Below, one piece after another: positions 9,728 through 18,015 of a DNA stretch of 64,000 nucleotides. The translations under genes and the position numbers were made by a program. How positions within the stretch are numbered: the stretch's first letter is position 1; each line of letters starts with the position of its first letter. Below the pieces are notes generated by a model. It saw nothing but the letters and a program-made list of their open reading frames with translations, did not search any database and had not been told where the DNA came from. This DNA comes from a virus. Lineage: Duplodnaviria > Caudoviricetes. Location: IMG/VR virus record IMGVR_UViG_2974732567_000001, positions 1 through 64,000 of that record. One strand, written 5' to 3'.

Positions 9728-10096
9728 TCAACTATCATCCTCATAAGCTGGTGAATCTCTTCCCTTAGTAGTATGATTACTAACTAATGCGTCTGACAAT
9801 ACTACTGAAGGACTTGAAATGTAACTCACTACTCCAGACTGGCTAGTAGTTTCTGTCACTAAAACTACTGGTAGTGTGCAATTCAAATCCGTATTGTCTA
9901 CGGTATTAATTAGCTGAGTAATAGAAGCTGTAGTTTCATTCTTTACGAGATGTTTTACAGCCTCTTTACTCAACATACCTACTAATAAACCAGCCATGAT
10001 AGTGAATAAAAATATCCACCACATCTTAGTGGAACGCATTGCACGCGCAAATATTACTCCTGCTAGAAGTAATAAAGTAATCCATGTTGCTGACAT
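9728..10096 (-). CDS. Two-TM membrane protein directly downstream of the sigma factor (possible anti-sigma)
   Basis: Hydrophobic segments WITLLLLAGVIFA and WWIFLFTIMAGLLVGML. The anti-sigma role is inferred from position only. Confidence 0.7.
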   Translation of the reverse strand: MSATWITLLLLAGVIFARAMRSTKMWWIFLFTIMAGLLVGMLSKEAVKHLVKNETTASITQLINTVDNTDLNCTLPVVLVTETTSQSGVVSYISSPSVVLSDALVSNHTTKGRDSPAYEDDS

Positions 10097-10106
10097 AATT
10101 AGTAAA

Positions 10107-10670
10107 TTAATCTGTTAATAATTCTTTTAATTTTTCTCTTGCCTTGTTAAGGCGTGATTTTACTTGAGACTCTGTGAGTCCAAGTTGCTCTGATATCTGT
10201 TTGTAAGACAGATTTTGTATAGAGCGTAGTTCAATTATATTCTTATACTTCCAACGAAGCCGCGACAAGGCATTATCTAGAGCATCACTTTTCTCTGCGA
10301 AGATAAAATCTTCTTCAGGTGAGTAACTGGCCTGGTTACTCAACTGTAGAGAGTTGGCATCGTCGTCAATCCAATAGTTCGCTTTTTCCTTTTTAGTATG
10401 TCGAATATAATCAATACTAGTATTTATTGCAATAGTTTTCAACCACATCTCAAATGAGATATTGTTTACATAGCTATCTAGCTTACTAAAAGCTTTAGTA
10501 AAAGTAACAGATAATAAATCATCTGCTACATCTTTATTATTTACAATATAATAAATAGTATTATAAATAACTTTACTAAAACGATTATAAAGCTTTGTGA
10601 AGGCAGATTGTTTACCTTCTTTTGCCTGTTTGATCAGTTCGAAAATCTGCTGTTTTTCTAAATCTGTCAT
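10107..10670 (-). CDS. ECF-type sigma-70 factor
   Basis: Region 2 (AFTKLY..DVADDLLSVTFTKAF..FEMWLKTIAINTSIDYIR) and region 4 HTH (LSYKQISEQLGLTESQVKSRLNKAREKLK); likely start MTDLEK. Confidence 0.9.
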   Translation of the reverse strand: MTDLEKQQIFELIKQAKEGKQSAFTKLYNRFSKVIYNTIYYIVNNKDVADDLLSVTFTKAFSKLDSYVNNISFEMWLKTIAINTSIDYIRHTKKEKANYWIDDDANSLQLSNQASYSPEEDFIFAEKSDALDNALSRLRWKYKNIIELRSIQNLSYKQISEQLGLTESQVKSRLNKAREKLKELLTD

Positions 10671-10766
10671 AATTACGGGCATTGTGCTGAACTGATAATC
10701 ATAAAAGTATTTCGACACTATTACATAATTTGAAGTAACTTTTATTTGACCTGTTCAACGATTAGT

Positions 10767-10796
10767 GAATATAGGGCCGATCAAAGCCCTATATTC
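10767..10796 (-). terminator. 11-bp hairpin with loop CGATCAAA (plus sense)
   Basis: GAATATAGGGC-CGATCAAA-GCCCTATATTC immediately after the stop of 10797..11153. Confidence 0.55.
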
Positions 10797-11153
10797 TTAA
10801 AATGGTAATCCTAGTTCATATCTACAGTGATACTCCATATAATCTTTTGAGAACTTTTGATAAGTATCCCAAATACATTCCATAAACTCTCTTTTCATAT
10901 GCATAGATATTCTGTCTGAAGAAAGTTTATTAATCATTCCGCATATTATTCTGATACGAACATCCAGAGTAAACTTAGTATCTTTTCCAATTCTTTGAAG
11001 TATATTAGTATCAAACCAATATATTATGCGTCTAACAGATTTATGTGATTTCTCTAAATTTGTATAGACCCACCAGGAGGCTCTCCAATGAAATGACTGA
11101 TACTGTTTACCCCACGGAGTATATACTCTGTTAGTAAGACTGTATAATACCAT
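10797..11153 (-). CDS. Trp-rich hypothetical protein
   Basis: 118-aa ORF in a coupled operon. Confidence 0.7.
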   Translation of the reverse strand: MVLYSLTNRVYTPWGKQYQSFHWRASWWVYTNLEKSHKSVRRIIYWFDTNILQRIGKDTKFTLDVRIRIICGMINKLSSDRISMHMKREFMECIWDTYQKFSKDYMEYHCRYELGLPF

Positions 11154-11601
11154 TTTCCTTTTTTATTTCTTTAGCTATCTTGCATATTACAAGTTGTGCT
11201 TGTGCAGCCGACCAACCTGTTATACTCATGATATACACTTTAGTACTCATAGCACCTCTACCTGGAATAGAAGTATCTACTTTATACCTTTCTTTGAATG
11301 TGCGATACATAGCATCATCAATGCTTGGCATCTTCGCGCCACGCATAGAACGTAGTTCTATAGGTAGCTGACATACGTCTGAGCCTTCATAAGGATAAAA
11401 CACATACATTTCTGGATGTGCGTATATACTTTGAATCTCAAGGGACTCTTCTTTTACTTCTCTGAATTTTGCTTTTTGAAAAACATCATTCATAATTATT
11501 GCTGAAATAATCCGTAAATGCGGAGTTTCACCAACAACAATTGCTAGAAGTTCAATATCACTTCCAACTACTTGATATACACCTGGTTCATTTAGTCTCA
11601 T
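11131..11601 (-). CDS. Hypothetical protein
   Basis: 156-aa ORF, ATGA overlap with the upstream gene. Confidence 0.75.
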   Translation of the reverse strand: MRLNEPGVYQVVGSDIELLAIVVGETPHLRIISAIIMNDVFQKAKFREVKEESLEIQSIYAHPEMYVFYPYEGSDVCQLPIELRSMRGAKMPSIDDAMYRTFKERYKVDTSIPGRGAMSTKVYIMSITGWSAAQAQLVICKIAKEIKKENGIIQSY

Positions 11602-11786
11602 GGTTTATTGATTTCTTTTTTAAAGTTATCTACTATACCAGATACTTGATCCATAGTTAATTGTGGATATTTATCCATTACTTTACCTATTGCTTCAATA
11701 TCTGATTTACTTTCGTTCAGCATGTGCTTGAACTCTCTTTCTTCTTGTTTGGAGTCAAACCAAACCCACCAAGGTACTACGCGCAT
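11598..11786 (-). CDS. Hypothetical protein
   Basis: 62-aa ORF with coupled overlaps at both ends. Confidence 0.7.
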   Translation of the reverse strand: MRVVPWWVWFDSKQEEREFKHMLNESKSDIEAIGKVMDKYPQLTMDQVSGIVDNFKKEINKP

Positions 11787-12055
11787 TGATATTCGTATTC
11801 TTTAATTTTGTTATTCAATAACTCCCATTTCTCTCTGTCAATATCAGTTGCTTCTACTAAATAGATGATATCACAGGTAGACTTAAATACGCCACGAATA
11901 TAGTTCATTCCTTCTCTATAATGATATTTATTCTTATAGACTCTAGGAACATTAGCATGAAGACGAGTTATTAACTCGGTTTTCATTTTCAATTCAGTTG
12001 ATGCTTTCTCCCATGATTCTGGTAAGTTAGCTCTAATAAAGTTCATTAATCCCAT
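11777..12055 (-). CDS. Hypothetical protein (ends at TAG)
   Basis: 92-aa ORF whose TAG overlaps the start region of the next gene (caATGcgcgTAG). Confidence 0.7.
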   Translation of the reverse strand: MGLMNFIRANLPESWEKASTELKMKTELITRLHANVPRVYKNKYHYREGMNYIRGVFKSTCDIIYLVEATDIDREKWELLNNKIKEYEYQCA

Positions 12056-12092
12056 TTCAAATTAATTTATTGATTAAACTTAATATTATTTG

Positions 12093-12171
12093 TAGTAAGA
12101 GAGGGATTCGAACCCTCGATACTAGCTTTTGATATTATCTCACCGCTCTTCCATACTGAGCTATTCTTACT
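12093..12171 (-). ncRNA. tRNA-like element with a degenerate anticodon arm, abutting the tmRNA coding piece
   Basis: Minus strand AGTAAGA-ATA-GCTC-AGTATGGAA-GAGC...GAGGG-TTCGAAT-CCCTC-TCTTACT-A; no canonical 5-bp/7-nt anticodon arm. Confidence 0.65.
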
Positions 12172-12317
12172 TCCAGCTTTTTACGACATTAGCTTAGCCG
12201 TTTGGTTTATCTCACGCCGCTAAGCGTGTATAATCCATTACATAACTTGTATTGCCAGTTATCTGCTTATTGACCTATTCTACTTCACATTGTCGCAGTC
12301 AAATGCCTAGATGCCCC
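12172..12317 (-). ncRNA. ssrA: Permuted tmRNA, coding (5') piece
   Basis: Begins GGGGCAT-CTAGGCATTTGAC; resume context ATAACT-GGC; tag ORF 12256-12212 reads GNTSYVMDYTRLAA-TGA; helix GCTTAGC/GCTAAGC encloses the stop; 3' boundary approximate. Confidence 0.85.
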
Positions 12318-12473
12318 ATTTAAAGTAGTACTCTTACAAAATTTAACTTATAGTTTGAGTACTACTCCCGATCTTCCTATCGCTGTTAATGAAAAAACTC
12401 TTAAAGAGAAATCGAAAATTAGCGTGAGATTTCTATACGGGCCTCTTATTATTCTTGCTTATTCCATTTTTTG

Positions 12474-12530
12474 TGGAGCATGAGGGAGTCGAACCCTCGT
12501 CCTAACGACTGATTCATAGACCTAACAGTC
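12474..12530 (-). ncRNA. ssrA: Permuted tmRNA, acceptor (3') piece
   Basis: Minus strand ...GTCGTTAG-GAC-GAGGG-TTCGACT-CCCTC-ATGCTCC-A. It pairs with GGGGCAT to give the G3.U70 and A73 alanine identity; 5' boundary uncertain. Confidence 0.82.
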
Positions 12531-12536
12531 AATTGT

Positions 12537-12566
12537 GACTATGTAGGCGACCAAACCTACATAGTC
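12537..12566. other. 11-bp hairpin with loop CGACCAAA (plus sense)
   Basis: GACTATGTAGG-CGACCAAA-CCTACATAGTC, just upstream of the tmRNA acceptor piece. Confidence 0.55.
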
Positions 12567-12999
12567 TTTGGTCTTTTTTAAATTATTTTTTTAATGCCTT
12601 GATAACCTGTCTTGGAAGTATAGGATACCTTTCGGCTTCTATACGGCATGATGTCTAGCATCGCACTATTCCAAAAATGCCGACTTGATATCATAAGAAT
12701 GCTATTGCATAATATACTCAAAGAGTATAGAATCTGTATTTATATATTGCGCAATTTATATATACATCCTCATGATCTTAGGCACATGATCAGTGGCACG
12801 TTGTCATAATGTCCTACTCTGGCATCGGTTGTATTACTACACCTTACACTTGTTGTATGCATGTTAATTCATGCATGAGCTGCTTCTTTGGGTACTTAGC
12901 ACACAATGTCGTTACCTCCTATTAGCTACTTTCTCTAGTTAGGTTATATAGTCAATATTGCTATTGCTAAAACACTATACTTGGACTATGCGTGGAGAA

Positions 13000-13464
13000 T
13001 TAAAGGGACAACAATTGTCCATCCCATCTCCAATCATAACGGGCTTTCGGGTATTGGTTAAGCAATTTGTTTTGCTGTTCCTGATACCATTTGTCAACTT
13101 CACGAAGAAGATTGTTAGCCTCTTTGTAGAGCTCTTTACAATCCTTCAGGTAGTCTTCAATAGTGATTCCGCCGTTACGCAGTTTGTCATCTTTTTCAGA
13201 GAACTTCTTCAAGTAATTGAGTTTGACCTCTTTTTCCTTGTCAGTCTTTTTCATACTCAAATAAGTTGCAAGACGAGTATACTCACTCTTCAAAGTTACG
13301 TCAATATGACGTTCCGTGAGCTCCTCTTTACGCTGTTTTGCAATCTTTTCAGCAGCAGCTTTTGCAACATCTTCTGTTACAGTTGAGCCATTGTTGATTA
13401 CTTCTTCAATGTTCTCTGCTGATACTTTTGTAATATCAGCTACTTTTGCTTCTTCTTTTGTCAT
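13000..13464 (-). CDS. Coiled-coil hypothetical protein
   Basis: 154-aa ORF with the ATTATCAAAA leader. Confidence 0.8.
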   Translation of the reverse strand: MTKEEAKVADITKVSAENIEEVINNGSTVTEDVAKAAAEKIAKQRKEELTERHIDVTLKSEYTRLATYLSMKKTDKEKEVKLNYLKKFSEKDDKLRNGGITIEDYLKDCKELYKEANNLLREVDKWYQEQQNKLLNQYPKARYDWRWDGQLLSL

Positions 13465-13516
13465 TTTTTTGATAATGTTTAAAGATTGATACTATTATTA
13501 ATTAATCTCAAGTTAT

Positions 13517-13780
13517 TTACTCTTCTTTTTTTTTTGCAAGATATTCTTTACGAAGACGTCTCTTGCGTTGGTTACATGATTCACGTTTACCTGCTTTGAC
13601 AAGTTTACGATTGTCGTACGCAGTTTGGTTTCTTGTTTTATTTTCAGCGTTAATCTGAAGATAAATAATGCCTCTAGCAAAGCTCTTTGTTACTCTTTTG
13701 CGATAGGCGATAATTCTTTTCATTGCTTCCTCTTTTCCATATCTTTTATAGAGGTTAGCTTGAATTCTTTGTTGTCCCAT
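13517..13780 (-). CDS. Small basic protein
   Basis: 87-aa K/R-rich ORF with the ATTATCAAAA leader. Confidence 0.75.
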   Translation of the reverse strand: MGQQRIQANLYKRYGKEEAMKRIIAYRKRVTKSFARGIIYLQINAENKTRNQTAYDNRKLVKAGKRESCNQRKRRLRKEYLAKKKEE

Positions 13781-13990
13781 ATTTTTGATAATAATTGGTT
13801 TAATAATAAAAAAGAACTGTTCTGTATATTTGTATACCTTATTCTACAGATAACCCCTATCCTTCTTCTATCCTATATAGGATTGCCGTTGTATAGCCAT
13901 TGTACTCTAGTTCTTATGAACTTCCATTAGGGTTCTGGTATATTTACAGTTCTTTTGGGTTGATTGGAATCCACCATACTAACAATTTAA

Positions 13991-14143
13991 TTAGTAATAT
14001 ATAACAGCGGGCAGAGGCTCTGGCGGAACCTCTTGCTTGTTATTCGTTGCCATTCTGAGTTTACACTCAAGATCACATTCACTACAGTTGATAATATTAT
14101 CTCGTGTAGGACATTCGTTAGAAATCGAATTTGAAGTTTTCAT
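13991..14143 (-). CDS. Small Cys-rich protein
   Basis: MKTSNSISNECPTRDNIINCSECDLECKLR... Confidence 0.5.
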   Translation of the reverse strand: MKTSNSISNECPTRDNIINCSECDLECKLRMATNNKQEVPPEPLPAVIYY

Positions 14144-14525
14144 GATCGTCTCGATCAAATAAATGTTTAACAATCATAGGTTTACATATTCTTGCAAATT
14201 CTTTTGCTGTATCTCTGTCTTTGAGTTCCAAGGAAGTACCGGCAGTAGCATAAGCATAGCCGGGCTCAAGGTGAGAACCAACACAGAGCAAGCCCGAAGG
14301 TTTTCGATTATCTGTATAGCTCCAGCCCCATATGAAATATCTTACTTCTTCTGGATCTGTTATTCTAGGTTTCCAGCCTTTATTCAAAGCTTTTGCAATG
14401 GTTTCTAACTTGATGAAGTTCCTAGTTTCATCTGTTAATTTGTAGCTTTTATAATTAGCTACAGGACGAAGACCTAGCAATTTGCATGCATCTTCATACG
14501 GTTTTTCTTTACTTAATTCAATCAT
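14118..14525 (-). CDS. Small early protein carrying a remote DGR variable repeat (VR2)
   Basis: 135 aa; internal SGLLCVGSHLEPGYAYATAGT matches the VR1 peptide SGLLCVGSHLGPGHADAHVGT. Confidence 0.85.
   Translation of the reverse strand: MIELSKEKPYEDACKLLGLRPVANYKSYKLTDETRNFIKLETIAKALNKGWKPRITDPEEVRYFIWGWSYTDNRKPSGLLCVGSHLEPGYAYATAGTSLELKDRDTAKEFARICKPMIVKHLFDRDDHENFKFDF
14235..14298 (-). repeat. DGR variable repeat VR2
   Basis: 64-nt ungapped match to TR 60569-60632 with 17 mismatches, 15 of them at TR adenines. Confidence 0.85.
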
Positions 14526-14620
14526 GCCTTTTTACGATTATAAGGTTCCATTTTCTTATGCTTAGGACGTTTCTTGTATTCCGTCTTAGTTTTTACTTCT
14601 TTCTCCTTATTCTTTCCCAT
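14522..14620 (-). CDS. Small basic peptide (32 aa)
   Basis: MGKNKEKEVKTKTEYKKRPKHKKMEPYNRKKA fills the gap and has an ATGA overlap. Confidence 0.55.
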   Translation of the reverse strand: MGKNKEKEVKTKTEYKKRPKHKKMEPYNRKKA

Positions 14621-14622
14621 AA

Positions 14623-15093
14623 TTAAAAGAGTTTTAATATACCGTTGATTTCTTTCAAATAATATGGAATATTTGAAAGGTGTTTAGTCTCAAGAACTTT
14701 TTTGCAACTAGGCTGTAGTCTTCCAGCAGATATTAGATATTTAATCATATCTGTATTTTGTTTGCGAATATCTTCATCATTGAGGAATCTTTTTACAAAC
14801 TCTACTTTGAATAAACTTTCATTGCTAAAGTTTACTGGATTACCTACTTTTGTGATGATGTTATCACAGAATATTGTTGTAAGTTCTTCAAGATTTGGCT
14901 CCTTAGATGTTATTGTTTCTGCCTTCGATACTAATATCTTAGCTACATCAACATCTTCGAAATCAACAATTTTTAGATTATCTGACTCTATTTTTATGTG
15001 TTGCGCTACAGTATTAACAATATTACTGATAGCTGCACTTTTACGGACGTTACTTCCATAATCACCTTCAAATAAAATTACAATTGCCTTCAT
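14623..15093 (-). CDS. Hypothetical protein
   Basis: 156-aa ORF. Confidence 0.75.
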   Translation of the reverse strand: MKAIVILFEGDYGSNVRKSAAISNIVNTVAQHIKIESDNLKIVDFEDVDVAKILVSKAETITSKEPNLEELTTIFCDNIITKVGNPVNFSNESLFKVEFVKRFLNDEDIRKQNTDMIKYLISAGRLQPSCKKVLETKHLSNIPYYLKEINGILKLF

Positions 15094-15095
15094 AA

Positions 15096-15353
15096 TTATT
15101 GATTAATTATTTTTATTTCTATTTCATACTCATCTAATTCATTCTTAATATCATCAGTAGACATATTTGAATTAAGATTCAAGTATGGACATAAATGAAT
15201 TTCTTCACTTGGTTTACTTCTAGCTAATCTTTTAGCTTCACTAAAAGGTATACCTAGTATTTTATTTAATGCTAAAATGTTAGCATACAAATGTCCAGTA
15301 TGCAATATTATACTGGTAATTTGCCTTTTGGATTCCGATTTTTTTGTTTTCAT
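15096..15353 (-). CDS. Hypothetical protein
   Basis: 85-aa ORF. Confidence 0.7.
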   Translation of the reverse strand: MKTKKSESKRQITSIILHTGHLYANILALNKILGIPFSEAKRLARSKPSEEIHLCPYLNLNSNMSTDDIKNELDEYEIEIKIINQ

Positions 15354-15836
15354 TACATAAGCTTAAGTTTTAATTGTTAGTAAAATTGACGACGTCTGTA
15401 TACAGCACTATATACAGAATAATTTACCGCAGTGCTACGGGTTCGCGACTAATACTATAAAACAATAGCGCTCTATTGTACATCTGTTATTAAAGAAATC
15501 ACCTTCACACATATTACTATGTTAATTTAAACCCTCATATGTTTTAGGATTACTCCAGAGTACATACAGAAATAGCTGTCAAACTAAATCTTAGAACTCA
15601 CCTGATTTTAACGTCCGCACGATCATAGATATGTTCCTACACCTTGGGCTCAATTGAATTATGTAGGCCTAATTCTTTTGACAAGACATATCTATTTACG
15701 CCCCACAGGCTTGTCATCTTCTGAAGACTAGTCTATTCTCACGAACTGACTAGTTATTAAGTCGAAATTTTTAAACCATTTCTATTATGCAAAATGCTTC
15801 AAAAAACTGTAATAAATTGTTGTTAATTATTACTCT

Positions 15837-16295
15837 CTAACGCCTTAGAGAATCACGAGGATTCTTCACAGAATCCATTGGGGTAATTATATCGCGTTGA
15901 ATAACTGCGCCTTTTAATACATCTTTAAAATGCTCTTTGTTTGATTCATATATATAAACAATGTCGCTGTTCGACAATGATGTACCATGAGTCATAAGTA
16001 TATCAATCAAAACAGCTTCAGGCATTGCTAAAAATATACTATCAATGCGCATTCCCTCTTTTACGTCTTCTCTAAATTTGAGAATTTCTTGTACCGTTGG
16101 TACATGTTCAACTGCTTTTGCAGTATCAATGCAAACTGATTCGTCTTCCGACGTAACAATCTTAGCAATAGGCTCATGACACAGAAACACTATTACTCCA
16201 GTAGCGATTGCTAATGCAATGACTACTAATATCGTCCAAAAGCATCCATTAGACGATTTTTTTACTACAGGATATTGATTATCTTCCATACTCAA
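15837..16295 (-). CDS. Single-TM membrane protein (ends at TAG)
   Basis: Hydrophobic segment FWTILVVIALAIATGVIVFLC. Confidence 0.75.
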   Translation of the reverse strand: MSMEDNQYPVVKKSSNGCFWTILVVIALAIATGVIVFLCHEPIAKIVTSEDESVCIDTAKAVEHVPTVQEILKFREDVKEGMRIDSIFLAMPEAVLIDILMTHGTSLSNSDIVYIYESNKEHFKDVLKGAVIQRDIITPMDSVKNPRDSLRR

Positions 16296-16477
16296 TCCTC
16301 CAGTTCATCTAGTAGTTCAGATACTACGGACGGAGTCTCGATGATATCGAACTTCTCACCGCATATTGATACTAAACTTCCGTTACTATTTCCACAGCAG
16401 TAATCTAATGATACCGATGTGAATGTTAACTCTTCTCCGTCCACTGTATGGACTGTAGCAGATCTTTTTTTTTCCAT
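16292..16477 (-). CDS. Hypothetical protein
   Basis: 61-aa ORF with the ATTATCAAAA leader. Confidence 0.7.
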   Translation of the reverse strand: MEKKRSATVHTVDGEELTFTSVSLDYCCGNSNGSLVSICGEKFDIIETPSVVSELLDELED

Positions 16478-16503
16478 TTTGATAATGTTTTTAAAATTAA
16501 TAA

Positions 16504-16800
16504 TTATTTAATAGTATCACCTACAAAGTATACATTCATATATAAATAATCTGCAATATATGCTTTGTATTCATCTCCAGTAACAGGATTTACTAAACGT
16601 ATTACATATGTATCTTCATCTTCTTGATATTTATCAGATACTACATAATGTTTAAACCTCATTTGCAAATCCACAAAACCATATGGATCTTTAGGCTCCC
16701 AGTCTTTTAGCATATGTACTATAACAATAATTGTTATTGACAATACTAATAACTTGCTTATTCCATTTAGAATATTACTACTTTTAATTCTAACTGTCAT
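16504..16800 (-). CDS. Membrane-anchored hypothetical protein
   Basis: TM segment LLVLSITIIVIV; likely start MTVRIK just after the upstream peptide stop. Confidence 0.7.
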   Translation of the reverse strand: MTVRIKSSNILNGISKLLVLSITIIVIVHMLKDWEPKDPYGFVDLQMRFKHYVVSDKYQEDEDTYVIRLVNPVTGDEYKAYIADYLYMNVYFVGDTIK

Positions 16801-16801
16801 A

Positions 16802-16903
16802 TTACTTGTTGATTTCCTTCCATAATTCAATTCCTTCATGTATTATTAGGAAAACAACAGCAATTGCTCCTATAAATAGAAGTAAATTGAAAAATGTTGT
16901 CAT
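16802..16903 (-). CDS. Small membrane peptide (33 aa)
   Basis: MTTFFNLLLFIGAIAVVFLIIHEGIELWKEINK. Confidence 0.5.
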   Translation of the reverse strand: MTTFFNLLLFIGAIAVVFLIIHEGIELWKEINK

Positions 16904-17853
16904 TAATATTTAATTTGTTAATACTGTTAAATAATTTAAATACATTAGCTTCACATGCAAACTAGGAAGGTTTTGTTTTTAACATGTTACTAGACTCTAT
17001 CACCACGATGAGGTTGTATTTATTGATAGAGAAGACTACTACAATACCTTATTAGCACGGATTTTACATGTAGTAGTCGGAGGTTACGTGAGAGGTATTA
17101 TATTATTATAATTTAATCAAGAATAAAGTAAGCGCATTATATTCGCCCTCATAATTTGCAGTTATGCGCAGTAATAACTATGCTATTCTCTTACTTTAAA
17201 ATGATACTTATTGTTCAGTTAGTATCAGACTGTCAAGCACCATGTTAACCCTACTTATGGTTAAGAGTATTTCTCCCTACTTGCTTAGGATTAGTTGCTC
17301 TAAAGGGTTGCACATCACAGTGAACCTAACTGTGACCCCTTACCACGTGGATTATTAACTATTAGAATATCAATAATTTATTGTGCATATAAACTAAAGA
17401 TAAATAATAATTAATTACTTTTGACTCTGCATTTTCAATCGACTTGTCACGATCTTTAGGTAGCATTAAAAGTAATAATACATGTAGAATTACACTATCT
17501 TCACAGACCGTGTAATTGGAGACAATATTAATTTAAAAATAATATTATGAAAGATCTCTCTCTAGAGATGCATTTTACACCTAAAACTTAACAGTTAGTT
17601 TCAGTATAGAGTCCATTGCTAACACTAATACTCTATTCTTTAGCTAAGAAACTGGTGCCCTCAATGTCTTGGGAAGTTATTGAGTTTTTTGATGTGTAAC
17701 AGATTTTCACTTCGGTGGTCTATGTTACCTAACCACGCTAGCACTTACATTGATTTTCACAAACGGCTAGTGTTCTAACTTAATTTACATATTAGTGATT
17801 TTAAAAAAGGGCAGCCATAAAGACTGCCCATAAAACCAACCTCACGAAACGAA

Positions 17854-18015
17854 CTAATCTAGGTCTTTACAAGCATTAGCAATTAGCAACGTTAATAACT
17901 GAATACCTATTAGTATTGGTAAAGGATCTTTACCGTTACTAACAAATGACCAAGTTATTACATCGCAAATTAGAAAAAATGCAAGTAATAAACCATTAAA
18001 TGTCAATCTGTCCAT
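17854..18015 (-). CDS. Small two-TM protein (53 aa, ends at TAG)
   Basis: MDRLTFNGLLLAFFLICDVITWSFVSNGKDPLPILIGIQLLTLLIANACKDLD. Confidence 0.5.
   Translation of the reverse strand: MDRLTFNGLLLAFFLICDVITWSFVSNGKDPLPILIGIQLLTLLIANACKDLD

Noticed and set aside
12093-12317. Conventional one-piece tmRNA ending in the T arm at 12101-12117
   Set aside because: That arm is followed by TCTTACT, which pairs with AGTAAGA at 12171-12165 and not with GGGGCAT; the matching ATGCTCC-A end lies upstream at 12481-12474
859-15061. Plus-strand ORFs within the left arm (e.g. 4688..4960, 12958..13386, 14702..15061)
   Set aside because: Antisense shadows of minus-strand genes
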